Positions 15,643-28,176 of a DNA stretch of 64,000 nt are shown here, piece after piece. Both the position numbers and the translations under genes were made by a program. Source of the stretch: Eubacteriales bacterium. GTDB lineage: Bacteria > Bacillota > Clostridia > Oscillospirales > CAG-272. How positions within the stretch are numbered: the stretch's first letter is position 1; each line of letters starts with the position of its first letter. The stretch covers positions 12,023 through 76,022 of the forward strand of contig JAZQRU010000013.1 of assembly GCA_045629745.1 (NCBI GenBank). Reading direction: 5' to 3'. Under the pieces are notes generated by a model that saw only the letters and a program-made list of their open reading frames with translations, searched no databases and was not told where the DNA came from.

Positions 15643-17190
15643 TTATTTTGCGTAGTCGACGGTTCTTGACTCGCGGATAACGCTAACCTTGATTTGTCCG
15701 GGATAGTCGAGCTCATTTTCGATTTTCTTTGCAATATCTCTTGCAAGAATTTTCATCTTATCGTCGTCAACCATTTCGGGCTTAACCATTATACGCACCT
15801 CGCGTCCTGCCTGGATAGCGAAGGTTTTTTCAATACCCTCGAAGTCACCCGCGACCTCTTCGAGCTTCTGTAAGCGTTTAACGTAGTTTTCAACGTCTTC
15901 TCTGCGCGCGCCGGGTCTTGCCGCGCTGAGTGCGTCTGCCGCTTGAATAATGAAGTCAAGAACGGTTTTGGGCTCAACGTCGTTGTGGTGAGCCTCAATT
16001 GCGTGGATAATTTCCTTGTTTTCACGGTATTTGGTTGCGATTTCAACACCAAGCTGAATGTGTGAGCCTTCTGCCTCTGCGGTAACCGCCTTTCCTATAT
16101 CGTGAAGAAGTCCTGCTCTTCTTGCCATCGTAACGTCTGCGCCCATCTCGTCTGCAATAACGCCTGCGAGCATTGAAACCTCGATAGAGTGGCGAAGCGC
16201 GTTCTGACCGTAAGAGGTACGGAACTTCATTCTGCCAAGGAGCTTGATAAGCTCGGGATTAAGGCCGTGAACGCCTGTTTCGAAGATTGCCTTTTCGCCT
16301 GCCTGCTTGATAGAGGATTCTACGTCGCGGCGAGCCTTTTCAACCATTTCTTCGATTCTAGCGGGATGGATTCTTCCGTCGGAAACGAGCTTTTCAAGAG
16401 CTATTCTTGCAACCTCGCGTCTCACGGGATCAAAGCCCGAAACGGTGATAACGTCAGGCGTGTCGTCGATTATAAGCTCAACGCCAGTAAGGTTTTCAAT
16501 GGTGCGTATGTTTCTGCCTTCGCGGCCAATGATACGGCCCTTCATTTCGTCGTTGGGAATCTGAACGACTGAAATGGCAACCTCGCTTACGTGGTCAGAT
16601 GCGAAGCGCTGAATGGCAAGGGAGAGTATGTCCTTTGCGCGAGTGTCCGCTTCGTCGCGGAATTTCTCTTCGTATTCTGCGATTTTAAGCGCGGTTTCGT
16701 GCTGCATTTCGCTGTCAAGGCGAGCTACAAGCTCTGCTTTTGCATCCTCTTTTGTGAGACCTGCGATTCTTTCAAGGGAAGCGATTTGCGCGTTAAGCAC
16801 GTTTTCCGTCTTAGCTTTAAGCTCGTCTGCCTCCTTGTGTTTGTCGGCAAGAGCCGCTTCCTTTCTTTCGATAGCCTCGAGCTTTGCGTCAAGGCGCTCT
16901 TCCTTTTGAGTTACGTTTCTCTCAAGTCTTGAAACTTCCTTGCGGCGCTCTTTAACGTCGAAGTCAGCTTCCTTTTTCATTTGGAATATTTCTTCTTTTG
17001 CCGAAATTATAGCTTCCTTTTTCGAGCTTTCGGCGTTTTTTATTGCATCTTCAAGTATCTTATGTGCCTGAGCCTTGGCAGAGCCGAGCTGCTTTTCGCT
17101 GGACAACTTTCTGATAATTATACCGACGATAATTCCGACTATCAAGCCGCCGCCGATTCCAATCAATAAACTCCAAATATCGAAATTCAA
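15643..17190 (-). CDS. rny: ribonuclease Y
   Basis: 515 aa with an N-terminal TM helix, a coiled-coil region, a KH domain ([12 protein letters not shown]) and an HD domain (LLHDIGKA). TTG start 6 nt after GGAGG. Confidence 0.95.
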   Translation of the reverse strand: MNFDIWSLLIGIGGGLIVGIIVGIIIRKLSSEKQLGSAKAQAHKILEDAIKNAESSKKEAIISAKEEIFQMKKEADFDVKERRKEVSRLERNVTQKEERLDAKLEAIERKEAALADKHKEADELKAKTENVLNAQIASLERIAGLTKEDAKAELVARLDSEMQHETALKIAEYEEKFRDEADTRAKDILSLAIQRFASDHVSEVAISVVQIPNDEMKGRIIGREGRNIRTIENLTGVELIIDDTPDVITVSGFDPVRREVARIALEKLVSDGRIHPARIEEMVEKARRDVESSIKQAGEKAIFETGVHGLNPELIKLLGRMKFRTSYGQNALRHSIEVSMLAGVIADEMGADVTMARRAGLLHDIGKAVTAEAEGSHIQLGVEIATKYRENKEIIHAIEAHHNDVEPKTVLDFIIQAADALSAARPGARREDVENYVKRLQKLEEVAGDFEGIEKTFAIQAGREVRIMVKPEMVDDDKMKILARDIAKKIENELDYPGQIKVSVIRESRTVDYAK

Positions 17191-17383
17191 TTTACACCTC
17201 CTTCTGATTACATTGTTTTTGTAACCTATATCGTAAAAAGATTATTGTGTCTTAATATGAAAGCGCTCATAAGGCTTTAGCGCTAACCCTCGCGCGTGCC
17301 AAAATACGAGCGACACCCATACGTATATATTATATATTATTTTAATAGCAAAGTCAAGTAATTTTTTGAGTCAAACTGCGATT

Positions 17384-17410
17384 TTAGCACTTAAACGTCG
17401 AGCTAGCTAA
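17384..17410 (+). promoter_or_regulatory. degenerate CIRCE element (HrcA operator)
   Basis: TTAGCACTT-N9-GCTAGCTAA. The left arm is 8/9 to consensus and the right arm is 6/9 to GAGTGCTAA. Confidence 0.5.
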
Positions 17411-17449
17411 ATGTTAACAAAAAATTCATAAAAAAATCGGCTTAAACTA

Positions 17450-17478
17450 TTGACACGGGGGCCAAAATAGATTATATT
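17450..17478 (+). promoter_or_regulatory. sigma-A promoter of the hrcA-grpE-dnaK-dnaJ operon
   Basis: TTGACA (17450-17455), 17-nt spacer, TATATT (17473-17478). Confidence 0.7.
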
Positions 17479-17491
17479 ATAGGTGACGAAT

Positions 17492-17518
17492 TTAGCACTT
17501 ACGCACAGCGAGTGCTAA
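17492..17518 (+). promoter_or_regulatory. CIRCE element (HrcA operator)
   Basis: TTAGCACTT-ACGCACAGC-GAGTGCTAA is a near-perfect match to TTAGCACTC-N9-GAGTGCTAA. It lies between the -10 and the hrcA start. Confidence 0.9.
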
Positions 17519-17542
17519 AACCTAGAAAAAGAGGTGAGTTTT

Positions 17543-18615
17543 TTGGAAGATAATAGACTTAGCGCGCGAAAAATGCGCATTTTAAAGGCTATTGTAGACG
17601 CTCACATAAGCAACGGAGAGCCTGTCGGTTCAAGATTCCTTTCACAAGAGGTTGGTATTACTTGCTCGCCTGCAACGATAAGAAACGAGATGGCTGAGCT
17701 TGAAGCTCTAGGCTATCTTGAGCAGCCGCATACGTCTGCGGGAAGAATTCCCTCGGAGCTCGGTTACAGATTTTACGTTGACGCGCTTGTAAGACAGTAC
17801 AGCGAAACGAAAACGGAAATTGACGAAATCAACGAGAGGCTTCGCTATAAGCTCACCGAAATGGACGAGATACTCTCAGAGGCTTCGCGCCTTGCCGCAT
17901 CCTTTACCGATTACACGGGCATCGCTTTCAAGGCGGGTGCGGGTAAGGTAAGAATTTCAAAATATGAAACCGTTTATCTCGGCCCGCGAGATTTTCTTCT
18001 CGTTATAATCTTTTCGGGTGATATAATTAAATCGAAGTCCGTGCATCTCGGCTTCTCTATAAGCCGCGAGGACCTTACGCGATTTACTGAGGCTTTAAAT
18101 ATTTACCTCGTTAATATGACTGCGGAATCAATTAGTATGCCCGTTATCGTAAAGCTTGAGGCTATCATGGGCGCTGCCGGCGCTATGGTTCATCCGGCTG
18201 TTAAGCTTATATATGAAACTATGAACGAGCTTGATACGGCAGACGTAAAGCTTGACGGTGTTAACAAACTTTTGCAGTATTCCGAATATTCCGACGTATC
18301 TAAGCTTCAGCGCCTTATCGGTATGCTTGAAGAAAAAGATAAGCTTCTTGACGTCATATCTTCTCATAAAGTAAGCGACGACGGAATAAACGTTTATATC
18401 GGAAAAGAAAACGAATCTGACGTTATGTCAAATACAACTCTCATATTCAAGAATATAACCGTTGGCGGCAAGAGGGTTGCCGTTGGTGTTATAGGACCTA
18501 AGAGAATGAATTATTCAAAGGTTATCGGTATGTTAAATCAGCTCGCATCGGGCTTTGACAGAATTTTTAGTGACGACGAGAATAACTTGCTCGGCGACGG
18601 AAACGGAGGCTTCTA

Positions 18616-18616
<1 letters not shown>
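17543..18616 (+). CDS. hrcA: heat-inducible transcription repressor HrcA
   Basis: LSARKMRILKAIVDAHISNGEPVGSRFLS winged-helix N-terminus, plus context (CIRCE, grpE-dnaK-dnaJ downstream). TTG 17543 is preferred (RBS AGAGG 9 nt upstream). GTG 17534 is possible. Confidence 0.9.
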
Positions 18617-21014
<2,398 letters not shown>

Positions 21015-21089
21015 TTAAAAAATCTGAGATGCCTTTCGGGGCATCTCAGTAAACGTTTATGCGCGGGCGCGCATTAAGAGAGGAACATT

Positions 21090-22238
21090 ATGGCAGACAA
21101 CAAACGCGATTACTATGAAGTGCTCGGCGTTTCAAAAACGGCAAGTGCCGACGAGATAAAAAAGGCTTATCGCTCGCTTGCGAAAAAATATCACCCCGAT
21201 ATGAACCCAGGCAACAAGGAAGCCGAGGTTAAATTCAAGGAAGCCAACGAAGCATACGAGGTTTTGTCCGCCGAGGATAAGCGTGCAAAATACGATCAGT
21301 ACGGTCACGCGGCATTTGATCCCTCTATGGGCAGTGGCTCGGGCTTTGGCGGATTCGGCGGCTTTGGCGGAGCAGATTTCGATTTTGGCGACATTTTTTC
21401 TTCCTTCTTTGGCGGCGGAGGAGGAAGCTCATCGCGCTCGTCACGTAATATGCCTATTGACGGTGATGACGTTCTTGTCCGCATAACGATAGACTTTAAC
21501 GAAGCGGTTTTCGGATGCAAGAAGGAAATCAGTTTTTCAAGAATAGAGGGCTGCCCCGAGTGCAGCGCTACCGGCGCGGAAAAGGGAACAAAGCCCGAAA
21601 CCTGTGCTACCTGTCGCGGAAGCGGCCGCGTCACCGTTCAACAGCAAACTATGCTCGGCTATATGCAGACGCAGCGAGCTTGCTCAGCTTGTCGCGGAAC
21701 GGGAAAGATTATCAAAACTCCTTGTAAAAACTGTAACGGAAAAGCTTACGTTAAGGTTAACAAGAAGCTTGAGGTATCTATACCTGCGGGAATTGACTCC
21801 CAGCATAGAATAGTCTTGAGAAATCAAGGCTCTGCGGGCAGAAACGGCGGTTCTGCGGGCGATCTTGTAATCGAAGTAAGAGTTAAAGAGGATAAAATCT
21901 TCACGCGTCAGGGAAATAACGTTTATTGCGATATTCCGATTTCGTTTACGGAAGCGGCGCTTGGCGCGGAAATTGATATTCCGACGCTTGATGGTAAAAC
22001 CGAAAAATATAACGTTCCCGAAGGAACACAAACGGGTACGCGCTTTACTCTTCGCGGCAAGGGAATTGCTGATATTAACACGAAGCGCAAGGGCGACGTC
22101 GTTATAACCGTTATCGTTGAAACACCGAGAAACCTTAATAACGAGCAGAAAAAGCTTTTGCGCGATTTTGCAGAAACGCTTGGTGAAAATAATACAGGCA
22201 AGGAAAGAAGCTTTTTCAAAAAAATATTCAATAAATAA
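21090..22238 (+). CDS. dnaJ: molecular chaperone DnaJ
   Basis: J domain ([10 protein letters not shown]), G/F-rich linker and four CxxCxGxG zinc-finger repeats. Confidence 0.97.
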   Translation: MADNKRDYYEVLGVSKTASADEIKKAYRSLAKKYHPDMNPGNKEAEVKFKEANEAYEVLSAEDKRAKYDQYGHAAFDPSMGSGSGFGGFGGFGGADFDFGDIFSSFFGGGGGSSSRSSRNMPIDGDDVLVRITIDFNEAVFGCKKEISFSRIEGCPECSATGAEKGTKPETCATCRGSGRVTVQQQTMLGYMQTQRACSACRGTGKIIKTPCKNCNGKAYVKVNKKLEVSIPAGIDSQHRIVLRNQGSAGRNGGSAGDLVIEVRVKEDKIFTRQGNNVYCDIPISFTEAALGAEIDIPTLDGKTEKYNVPEGTQTGTRFTLRGKGIADINTKRKGDVVITVIVETPRNLNNEQKKLLRDFAETLGENNTGKERSFFKKIFNK

Positions 22239-22241
22239 TAA

Positions 22242-22272
22242 AAAGTGCGGTGTAAAATCCGCACTTTTAACG
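22242..22272 (+). terminator. terminator of the dnaK operon
   Basis: AAAGTGCGG-tgtaaaat-CCGCACTTT followed by T-rich sequence. Confidence 0.7.
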
Positions 22273-22356
22273 TTTTTTGGGCAAAAGCATAAAATTATAA
22301 CGAGGACATAAAAGAGTAAAGAAAAGTTTTTCATAGCAAAGAAAGGCATACTAAAT

Positions 22357-22434
22357 ATGAAAATCGTTATAGTACGTACACCGAAATTTTTAGCTCCGAT
22401 TATGGCTAAAATCTTCAAAATAAAGCTTAAGTAA
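22357..22434 (+). CDS. spoVM: stage V sporulation protein M (25 aa, absent from the ORF track)
   Basis: MKIVIVRTPKFLAPIMAKIFKIKLK resembles B. subtilis SpoVM (MKFYTIKLPKFLGGIVRAMLGSFRKD, from memory) in length, the PKFL core and an amphipathic basic helix. The RBS GAAAGG lies 8-9 nt upstream and a strong terminator follows. Confidence 0.7.
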   Translation: MKIVIVRTPKFLAPIMAKIFKIKLK

Positions 22435-22444
22435 ATAAACGGAA

Positions 22445-22481
22445 ACGAGGATGCGGAATTTGCTTGCATCCTCGTTTTTTA
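22445..22481 (+). terminator. rho-independent terminator after spoVM
   Basis: ACGAGGATGC-loop-GCATCCTCGT followed by TTTTTT. Confidence 0.8.
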
Positions 22482-22525
22482 TATTGTGTAATATCAACCA
22501 CCAGTCAGACAGAGGTGGTTTTCGC

Positions 22526-22556
22526 GCCATCCATTTCTTTGGGATGGATGGCTTTT
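22526..22556 (+). terminator. additional hairpin with T-run (plus-strand orientation) next to the asnA 3' end
   Basis: GCCATCCAT-loop-ATGGATGGC followed by TTTT. It is preceded by a further hairpin, AACCACC...GGTGGTT (22496-22520). Confidence 0.5.
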
Positions 22557-22574
22557 AGTACGGAAAAGTTTTTA

Positions 22575-23582
22575 TTAAAGAAGCTTTATGCCTGCCTCTT
22601 TGCATTTTTCTATTGTCTCTTTGTCCCAGATGCTTGACTGAACCTCGCCTATATGTGCTCTGCCCATCATAAGCATACAAAGTCTTGATTGGCCGATACC
22701 GCCGCCTATCGTAAGCGGAAGCTCGCCGTTTAAGAGCATTTTGTGGAAAGGAAGCTCTCTTCTGTCGTCACAGCCGCGCTCCGTGAGCTGACGGTCAAGA
22801 GATTTTTCGTCAACGCGTATTCCCATAGAGGAAATTTCAAAAGCGCGTCTGAGAAGCTCGTTATAGAACATTATATCGCCGTTAAGCTCCCAGTCATCAT
22901 AGTCGGGCGCTCTGCCATCGTGCGGCTTGCCTGATTTGAGCTTACCGCCTATCTGCATAATAAGTGCGGTTTTATGTTCCTTTAAGAAAGCATCTTCTCT
23001 TTCTTTAGAAGTAAGAGTAGGATACATATTCTCAAGCTCGGACGTTGTAACGGCGACCATATTTCTCGAGAGGGAAACTGCGCTTTCGGGGAAATCAACC
23101 TTCAAAAGCTCGCTTGTGTCGCAGATAACGTTAACGATTTTCTGCGCTACGTCTTTAAGATAATCGAGCGTTCTGTCTTCACGGGTTATAACCTTTTCCC
23201 AGTCCCACTGGTCGACGTATATCGAGTGGATATTGTCAAGGTCCTCGTCGCGTCTTATCGCGTTCATATCCGTGTAAAGACCGTTGCCTACGTAGAAGTG
23301 ATATTCTTTGAGAGCAAGGCGTTTCCATTTTGCGAGGGAGTGAACCACCTGTCCTGATTCGCCTACTGCGGGAATATCAAATGAAACGGGGCGCTCCGTG
23401 CCGTTGAGGTTGTCGTTAAGTCCCGATGCCTCGGTAACGAAAAGCGGTGCGCTCACGCGCTTGAGATTTAACGCTTCTGCAAGGCGCGCCTGAAAGGTTT
23501 GCTTTATAAATGCTATTGCTTTTTGAGTTCTGTAAACGTCGAGGGGGGATTTGTAGCCCTCGGGAATAAAAAGACTGTTCAT
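22575..23582 (-). CDS. asnA: aspartate--ammonia ligase (asparagine synthetase A)
   Basis: 335 aa with HSLAKWKR, YVDQWDWEKV and GGGIGQSRLCMLMM motifs, collinear with E. coli AsnA. Confidence 0.93.
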   Translation of the reverse strand: MNSLFIPEGYKSPLDVYRTQKAIAFIKQTFQARLAEALNLKRVSAPLFVTEASGLNDNLNGTERPVSFDIPAVGESGQVVHSLAKWKRLALKEYHFYVGNGLYTDMNAIRRDEDLDNIHSIYVDQWDWEKVITREDRTLDYLKDVAQKIVNVICDTSELLKVDFPESAVSLSRNMVAVTTSELENMYPTLTSKEREDAFLKEHKTALIMQIGGKLKSGKPHDGRAPDYDDWELNGDIMFYNELLRRAFEISSMGIRVDEKSLDRQLTERGCDDRRELPFHKMLLNGELPLTIGGGIGQSRLCMLMMGRAHIGEVQSSIWDKETIEKCKEAGIKLL

Positions 23583-23600
23583 TTCTGTCTTTCCTTAAAA

Positions 23601-25103
23601 TTATTTAGCAGCTGTGCTCCTTAACATAACGTCGTGGTAACCGCCCTCAACGATACTCGTTGCCGAAACGAGAGTGAGCTTTGCTTTTTCCTGAAGCTCG
23701 GGGATGGTTATGGCACCGCAATTGCACATTGTTGATTTTACCTTGTAAAGAGATTTTTCAACGTTGTCGTGGAGAGGTCCTGCGTAGGTAACGTATGAGT
23801 CAACGCCCTCTTCAAAGGAAAGCTTAGCCTTGCCGCCGAGGTCGTATCTCTGCCAGTTTCTCGCTCTGTTGGAGCCCTCGCCCCAGTATTCCTTAACGTA
23901 CTGGCCGTTAACCATAACCTTGGGTGTGGGGCTTTCGTCAAATCTTGCGAAATATCTGCCAAGCATCATAAAGTCTGCGCCCATTGCAAGAGCGAGAGTC
24001 ATATGATAGTCGTGAACAATACCGCCGTCGGAGCAGATAGGAATATAAATTCCTGTTTCCTTGAAGTATTCATCACGGGCTTCGGCAACCTCGATAACTG
24101 CGCTTGCCTGTCCGCGTCCGATACCCTTGGTTTCTCTGGTTATGCAGATAGAGCCGCCGCCGATACCAATCTTAATAAAGTCGGCTCCTGCGTCTGCAAG
24201 GAAACGGAAGCCCTCGCGGTCAACAATGTTTCCTGCTCCTATCTTAACCTTGTTGCCGTATTTTTCACGAACGAAGTCTATGGTTCTCTTCTGCCAAACG
24301 GTATAACCCTCAGAGGAGTCAATGCAAAGAACGTCAGCTCCCGCCTCAACGAGTGCGGGGATTCTCTTTTCGTAGTCACGGGTGTTAACGCCCGCGCCTA
24401 CAACGTAACTCTTGTTTACGTCAAGAAGCTCGTCGGGATTTTCCTTGTGCTGAGCATAGTCCTTGCGGAATACGAAATATTTGAGATTGCCGTTTTCGTC
24501 AATGATGGGGAGGGAGTTGAGCTTGTTATCCCAAATGATGTCGTTGGCTTTTTTAAGGGTAGTGCCGAGAGGCGCGGTAACAAGCTTTTCAAGAGGAGTC
24601 ATAAAGGAAGAAACCTTTTCGTCGCCTGTCATACGGCTTACGCGGTAATCTCTGCCGGTAACGATACCGAGAAGCTTACCGGTAGCAGTGCCGTCGTCGG
24701 TAACTGCCATGGTATTATGTCCTTTCTCCTCAACAAGACGAAGAACGTCGTTAAGAGTACTGTCAAGAGTAAGGTTTGAATCACTTACTACGAATCCTGC
24801 CTTGTGGTTCTTTACACGGGCAACCATAGCCGCCTCGTCTTCTATGGTCTGGTTGCCGTAGATAAAGGATATTCCGCCCTCTTTTGCAAGAGCGATAGCC
24901 ATCTTATCGTCGGAAACAGACTGCATTATAGCCGAAACCATAGGGATGTTGAGCGAGATAGGACATTCCTCTTCGCCCTTTCTATATTTAACAAGGGGTG
25001 TTTTTAAGCTTACGTTTGCGGGAATGCATCTCTCGTCGGTATAGCCCGGTACAAGAAGATACTCACTAAATGTGTGTGACGGTTCTTTGAAATAGGTAGC
25101 CAT
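23601..25103 (-). CDS. guaB: IMP dehydrogenase
   Basis: 500 aa. It has a TIM barrel with a CBS-pair insert and the catalytic loop [12 protein letters not shown]. It lies 18 nt upstream of asnA. Confidence 0.9.
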   Translation of the reverse strand: MATYFKEPSHTFSEYLLVPGYTDERCIPANVSLKTPLVKYRKGEEECPISLNIPMVSAIMQSVSDDKMAIALAKEGGISFIYGNQTIEDEAAMVARVKNHKAGFVVSDSNLTLDSTLNDVLRLVEEKGHNTMAVTDDGTATGKLLGIVTGRDYRVSRMTGDEKVSSFMTPLEKLVTAPLGTTLKKANDIIWDNKLNSLPIIDENGNLKYFVFRKDYAQHKENPDELLDVNKSYVVGAGVNTRDYEKRIPALVEAGADVLCIDSSEGYTVWQKRTIDFVREKYGNKVKIGAGNIVDREGFRFLADAGADFIKIGIGGGSICITRETKGIGRGQASAVIEVAEARDEYFKETGIYIPICSDGGIVHDYHMTLALAMGADFMMLGRYFARFDESPTPKVMVNGQYVKEYWGEGSNRARNWQRYDLGGKAKLSFEEGVDSYVTYAGPLHDNVEKSLYKVKSTMCNCGAITIPELQEKAKLTLVSATSIVEGGYHDVMLRSTAAK

Positions 25104-25225
25104 TTTGAATCCTCTCTTTTATTTACACAAAAATTATAATTATCATATATTTTAGCACAAGCGCGCGTTTATGTCAATATTTAAAATGACATAAATTCAC
25201 TTGTATTTTGCTCGTTTTTAAGTTA

Positions 25226-25927
25226 TTATCCCCAAGAATCGAGAGCTTTTATATATTTTATTTTAGGTTGAAGCTCATATATCGGCTCGCCGTAATTATC
25301 GGTGAGGCTTCCGTTTCCGTAATAGAGCCAATAATAGAAGCTGTTGCCGTAGTATTCCATACAGTTATCCATTGTACCGTTGACGATATCGTCTATAACG
25401 CTTATTCCTTCAACGACGTAGCCGAAAGCCGCATAGCTTCCGTCAAGGGAGCTTGATGCATCATCGTGGCAGATAAAGAACTGGCTCGAAGCGGAGTCGG
25501 GGGCGTTTGATCTTGCCATAGATATAACGCCGCGCTTGTGGCTTATGTCATTTGTGTGTCCATTCGAGGAAAACTCGCCATATATTTCATTGTCAGAGCC
25601 ACCGCTGCCATTGGCATCAGGGTCGCCGCCCTGTATCATAAATCCGCTTATAATGCGGTGGAAAGTTAAGCCGTTGTAGAATCCCGATTCAACCAAAGAT
25701 ATAAAGTTTGCAACGGTTTTTGGGGCAGTAGTTGCATCAAGCAATACCACCATTTTTCCGTATTCTTCAACACATATTTCTACGTATTTTATATCCCTGC
25801 CCGACGTGTTGCGGGTATCGAGGTATTCGCAAGCACCCTCGCCCATTTTTTCTCCGCACGAGGAGAGGGTAGCTATGCACACGAATATCATTGCAAGAGC
25901 AAGAATTAAAGATATGATTTTTTTCAT
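25226..25927 (-). CDS. cyclophilin-type peptidyl-prolyl cis-trans isomerase, lipoprotein
   Basis: Lipobox LSSC after a signal peptide. FHRIISGFMIQGGDP cyclophilin signature. Confidence 0.9.
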   Translation of the reverse strand: MKKIISLILALAMIFVCIATLSSCGEKMGEGACEYLDTRNTSGRDIKYVEICVEEYGKMVVLLDATTAPKTVANFISLVESGFYNGLTFHRIISGFMIQGGDPDANGSGGSDNEIYGEFSSNGHTNDISHKRGVISMARSNAPDSASSQFFICHDDASSSLDGSYAAFGYVVEGISVIDDIVNGTMDNCMEYYGNSFYYWLYYGNGSLTDNYGEPIYELQPKIKYIKALDSWG

Positions 25928-25940
25928 TTTTAGGTTTCCT

Positions 25941-26978
25941 TTACAAGTTTTGCGTTATAAATAATTCTATCGCCTGGTAGCCTGCAATTCCGCCCTGCTT
26001 TGAGGAAGCATCTGCTTTTATAAGTGCCCTCAGCGATTCACTTATTCTTCGAGTTCCAAGTTTTTTATATGCTTTCAAATAAAGCCCTAAGGGGTATGAG
26101 GCAAGCCCCGTGATTTTTTGTATTTCTTCAAATTCCCGTCCCTCGTCTGCAAGGAGTGCGACAGAGGAGAGGCTTGAATAGGTTTTTGCAAGCATTCCTA
26201 TGATTATCTGAGGTTCTGTGCGTCGGGTTTTCATATCTGAAAGTGCCCTGAATGCTTTTTTTGCATTGCCCTCAATAACCGCGTTTTGTATCGCAAAGGC
26301 ATCGGATTCCGCGCTTGAAGGGCAAACCAATTCTACGTCTTCGTTTGTGAGATTTTTTCTTCCGTTAGCTTTAAGATAAGCGGAGATCTTTATAACCTCA
26401 TTGTTAAGTATTTCCATTGAACGCCCGACTCTCATAATCATAGTGTCAAGCGGGGATTTGTCAACGGAAATTCCCTCAGCATCAAAGTGCTTTTTCAGCC
26501 AGTTCAAAAGCTGAGAATCCGTCGATTTTGGAAAATTCAGTATATCAAAGCCCTCGCTTAAGGCTTTAAAAATCTTACTTGGCCTTTTTTCAGTTCCGAG
26601 CTCTAAGCCGTCCTCGGTCGTCATAATCACAAAAATCGCCCAAGGGTAATCCTCTTTAAGAGGGAAGATTTTTTCGGTAAAGCTTTTGATTTCGTTTTCT
26701 TTCATTGACGAAAAATTGGCAAATCTCCACTCTATGAGCTTGTATTCGTGCATCATAGGCGGAGATTCTATGGCTTCGGCAAGAGCTCCAATATCAATAT
26801 CGAGAGCATCGAAAACAACATGATTAAAAACGTCGAGTCCCGTATCAGAGTTACCCAGCACAGCGCGCCTTAGCTCTGCAAGATAAAACTTTTTAAGATA
26901 ATCCTCTTCGCCTGCGAAGATATACCATCCCGAAGGATTTTCTGCCTTGAGGCGCGACTTAAAATCATTGATATTCAA
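25941..26978 (-). CDS. holA: DNA polymerase III subunit delta
   Basis: 345 aa with a typical HolA N-terminus (YIFAGEEDYLK) and C-terminal helical domain. GGAGG RBS. Confidence 0.8.
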   Translation of the reverse strand: MNINDFKSRLKAENPSGWYIFAGEEDYLKKFYLAELRRAVLGNSDTGLDVFNHVVFDALDIDIGALAEAIESPPMMHEYKLIEWRFANFSSMKENEIKSFTEKIFPLKEDYPWAIFVIMTTEDGLELGTEKRPSKIFKALSEGFDILNFPKSTDSQLLNWLKKHFDAEGISVDKSPLDTMIMRVGRSMEILNNEVIKISAYLKANGRKNLTNEDVELVCPSSAESDAFAIQNAVIEGNAKKAFRALSDMKTRRTEPQIIIGMLAKTYSSLSSVALLADEGREFEEIQKITGLASYPLGLYLKAYKKLGTRRISESLRALIKADASSKQGGIAGYQAIELFITQNL

Positions 26979-26997
26979 TTGTCCGCCTCCTTAAAAT

Positions 26998-27432
26998 TTA
27001 GTCCTCACGCGAAATTTTCATTCTGCAACGTTTCTTTGCGCCGCCGACAGTCATATCGTAAAGCAGAGTCAAAGTTCCGCTTTCGGAATCTATGCTGTTT
27101 TCAATACGTACGGTGTAAATCTCCATATCGAAGCTGAACGGCGGTACTTGATATAAAGTTTCGTGCTTCTTTCCCTCGGAGAAGAGCATATCCGAGACAA
27201 CATCGCCGCGGCGCTTGACCTTGACGGTATCGCCGCTTATTACAAGCTCGGATAATACGGAAGCGCCCTCGCGCTTTTCTTTATATGAGAGCGTTATCGC
27301 TCCTTTTTCGCTTTTCACGGAGCCTGTGACACGAAGCTCGTCTTTTTCGGGCGCGCCGTCGGGCTTGCCGCATTCGTCAAGATTTATTACGTTTGACGTG
27401 ATTTTTAAAACGCAATTTTTTGAACTTGCCAT
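26998..27432 (-). CDS. DUF1934 (YwiB-like) beta-barrel protein
   Basis: 144 aa whose size and alternating beta-strand pattern (ITLSYKE...TVKVKRRG...LYDMTVGG) are typical of DUF1934. Confidence 0.6.
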   Translation of the reverse strand: MASSKNCVLKITSNVINLDECGKPDGAPEKDELRVTGSVKSEKGAITLSYKEKREGASVLSELVISGDTVKVKRRGDVVSDMLFSEGKKHETLYQVPPFSFDMEIYTVRIENSIDSESGTLTLLYDMTVGGAKKRCRMKISRED

Positions 27433-27500
27433 AATACCTCGATAGTCAAAAATGACAAAAACGGGATACGCCTCGTTTTTGTCATTTTTTCAAAAAAGCC

Positions 27501-27932
27501 TTAAAACTTTCTTTTTTTGTTCATATTGTATTCACTGCGCGGATTTAAGAGATTGCGCCAGTCAAGAGTGCCGTTATCAAGAGCTTGAACGAGCGCCTCG
27601 GCAGTTGCTATATTTGTTGCAACGGGTACGTTATACACGTCGCAAAGGCGCAGAAGATTTGCCTCTGCTTCGGTAGTTTCTTTTGCGATGTCAGTGCCTC
27701 TGAAAAAGAAAACCAAGTCAATTTCATTGTAAGAAATTCTTGACGAGATTTGTTCTGTTCCCGCGCTTCCTGCAAGGAGAGTTTCAATTTCAAGGCCCGT
27801 GACGTCGGAAATATAAGCTCCGGTCGTGTGGGTTGCGCACAAATGGTGATGGCAAAGAATTCCGCAGTATGCTATACAGAACTGCGTCATAAGTTCTTTT
27901 TTGTTATCTTCGGCGATGATTGCAATATCCAT
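27501..27932 (-). CDS. methylglyoxal synthase-like (MGS domain) protein, probably non-catalytic
   Basis: It is collinear with MgsA (IAIIAEDNKKE, CATHTTG, LRLCDVYNVPVATN). Residues aligning with the catalytic His19/Asp71/His98 are substituted. Confidence 0.7.
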   Translation of the reverse strand: MDIAIIAEDNKKELMTQFCIAYCGILCHHHLCATHTTGAYISDVTGLEIETLLAGSAGTEQISSRISYNEIDLVFFFRGTDIAKETTEAEANLLRLCDVYNVPVATNIATAEALVQALDNGTLDWRNLLNPRSEYNMNKKRKF

Positions 27933-28086
27933 AAGCCTCTCCTGTTCTTCTTTGCAAACGTGGTAAATATTTTCAATATTAACTCATTATATCACCATTT
28001 CTTGATTTTGTCAATTAGCAGAAGAGAAAAAGTCAAAATTCCGCGCGCAAAACCTTATAAAAAATGAAAAAATATCTAGAAACCTA

Positions 28087-28115
28087 TTGTAAAAAACAAA
28101 ATTATGTAGTATAAT
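28087..28115 (+). promoter_or_regulatory. sigma-A promoter of pfkA
   Basis: TTGTAA, 17-nt spacer, TATAAT (28110-28115). Confidence 0.6.
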
Positions 28116-28176
28116 AAATTTCAATCGCGCATAGCGCGGGCGGCAATGTATTTTCCTCGAAAGGATTCGAAAACAA

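Noticed and set aside
17320-17345. dif-like XerCD site (TATATATTATATATTA)
   Set aside because: Only the AT-rich centre resembles Firmicute dif. The conserved XerD arm TTATGTAAA is absent here, and elsewhere it occurs only inside the tsaD CDS.
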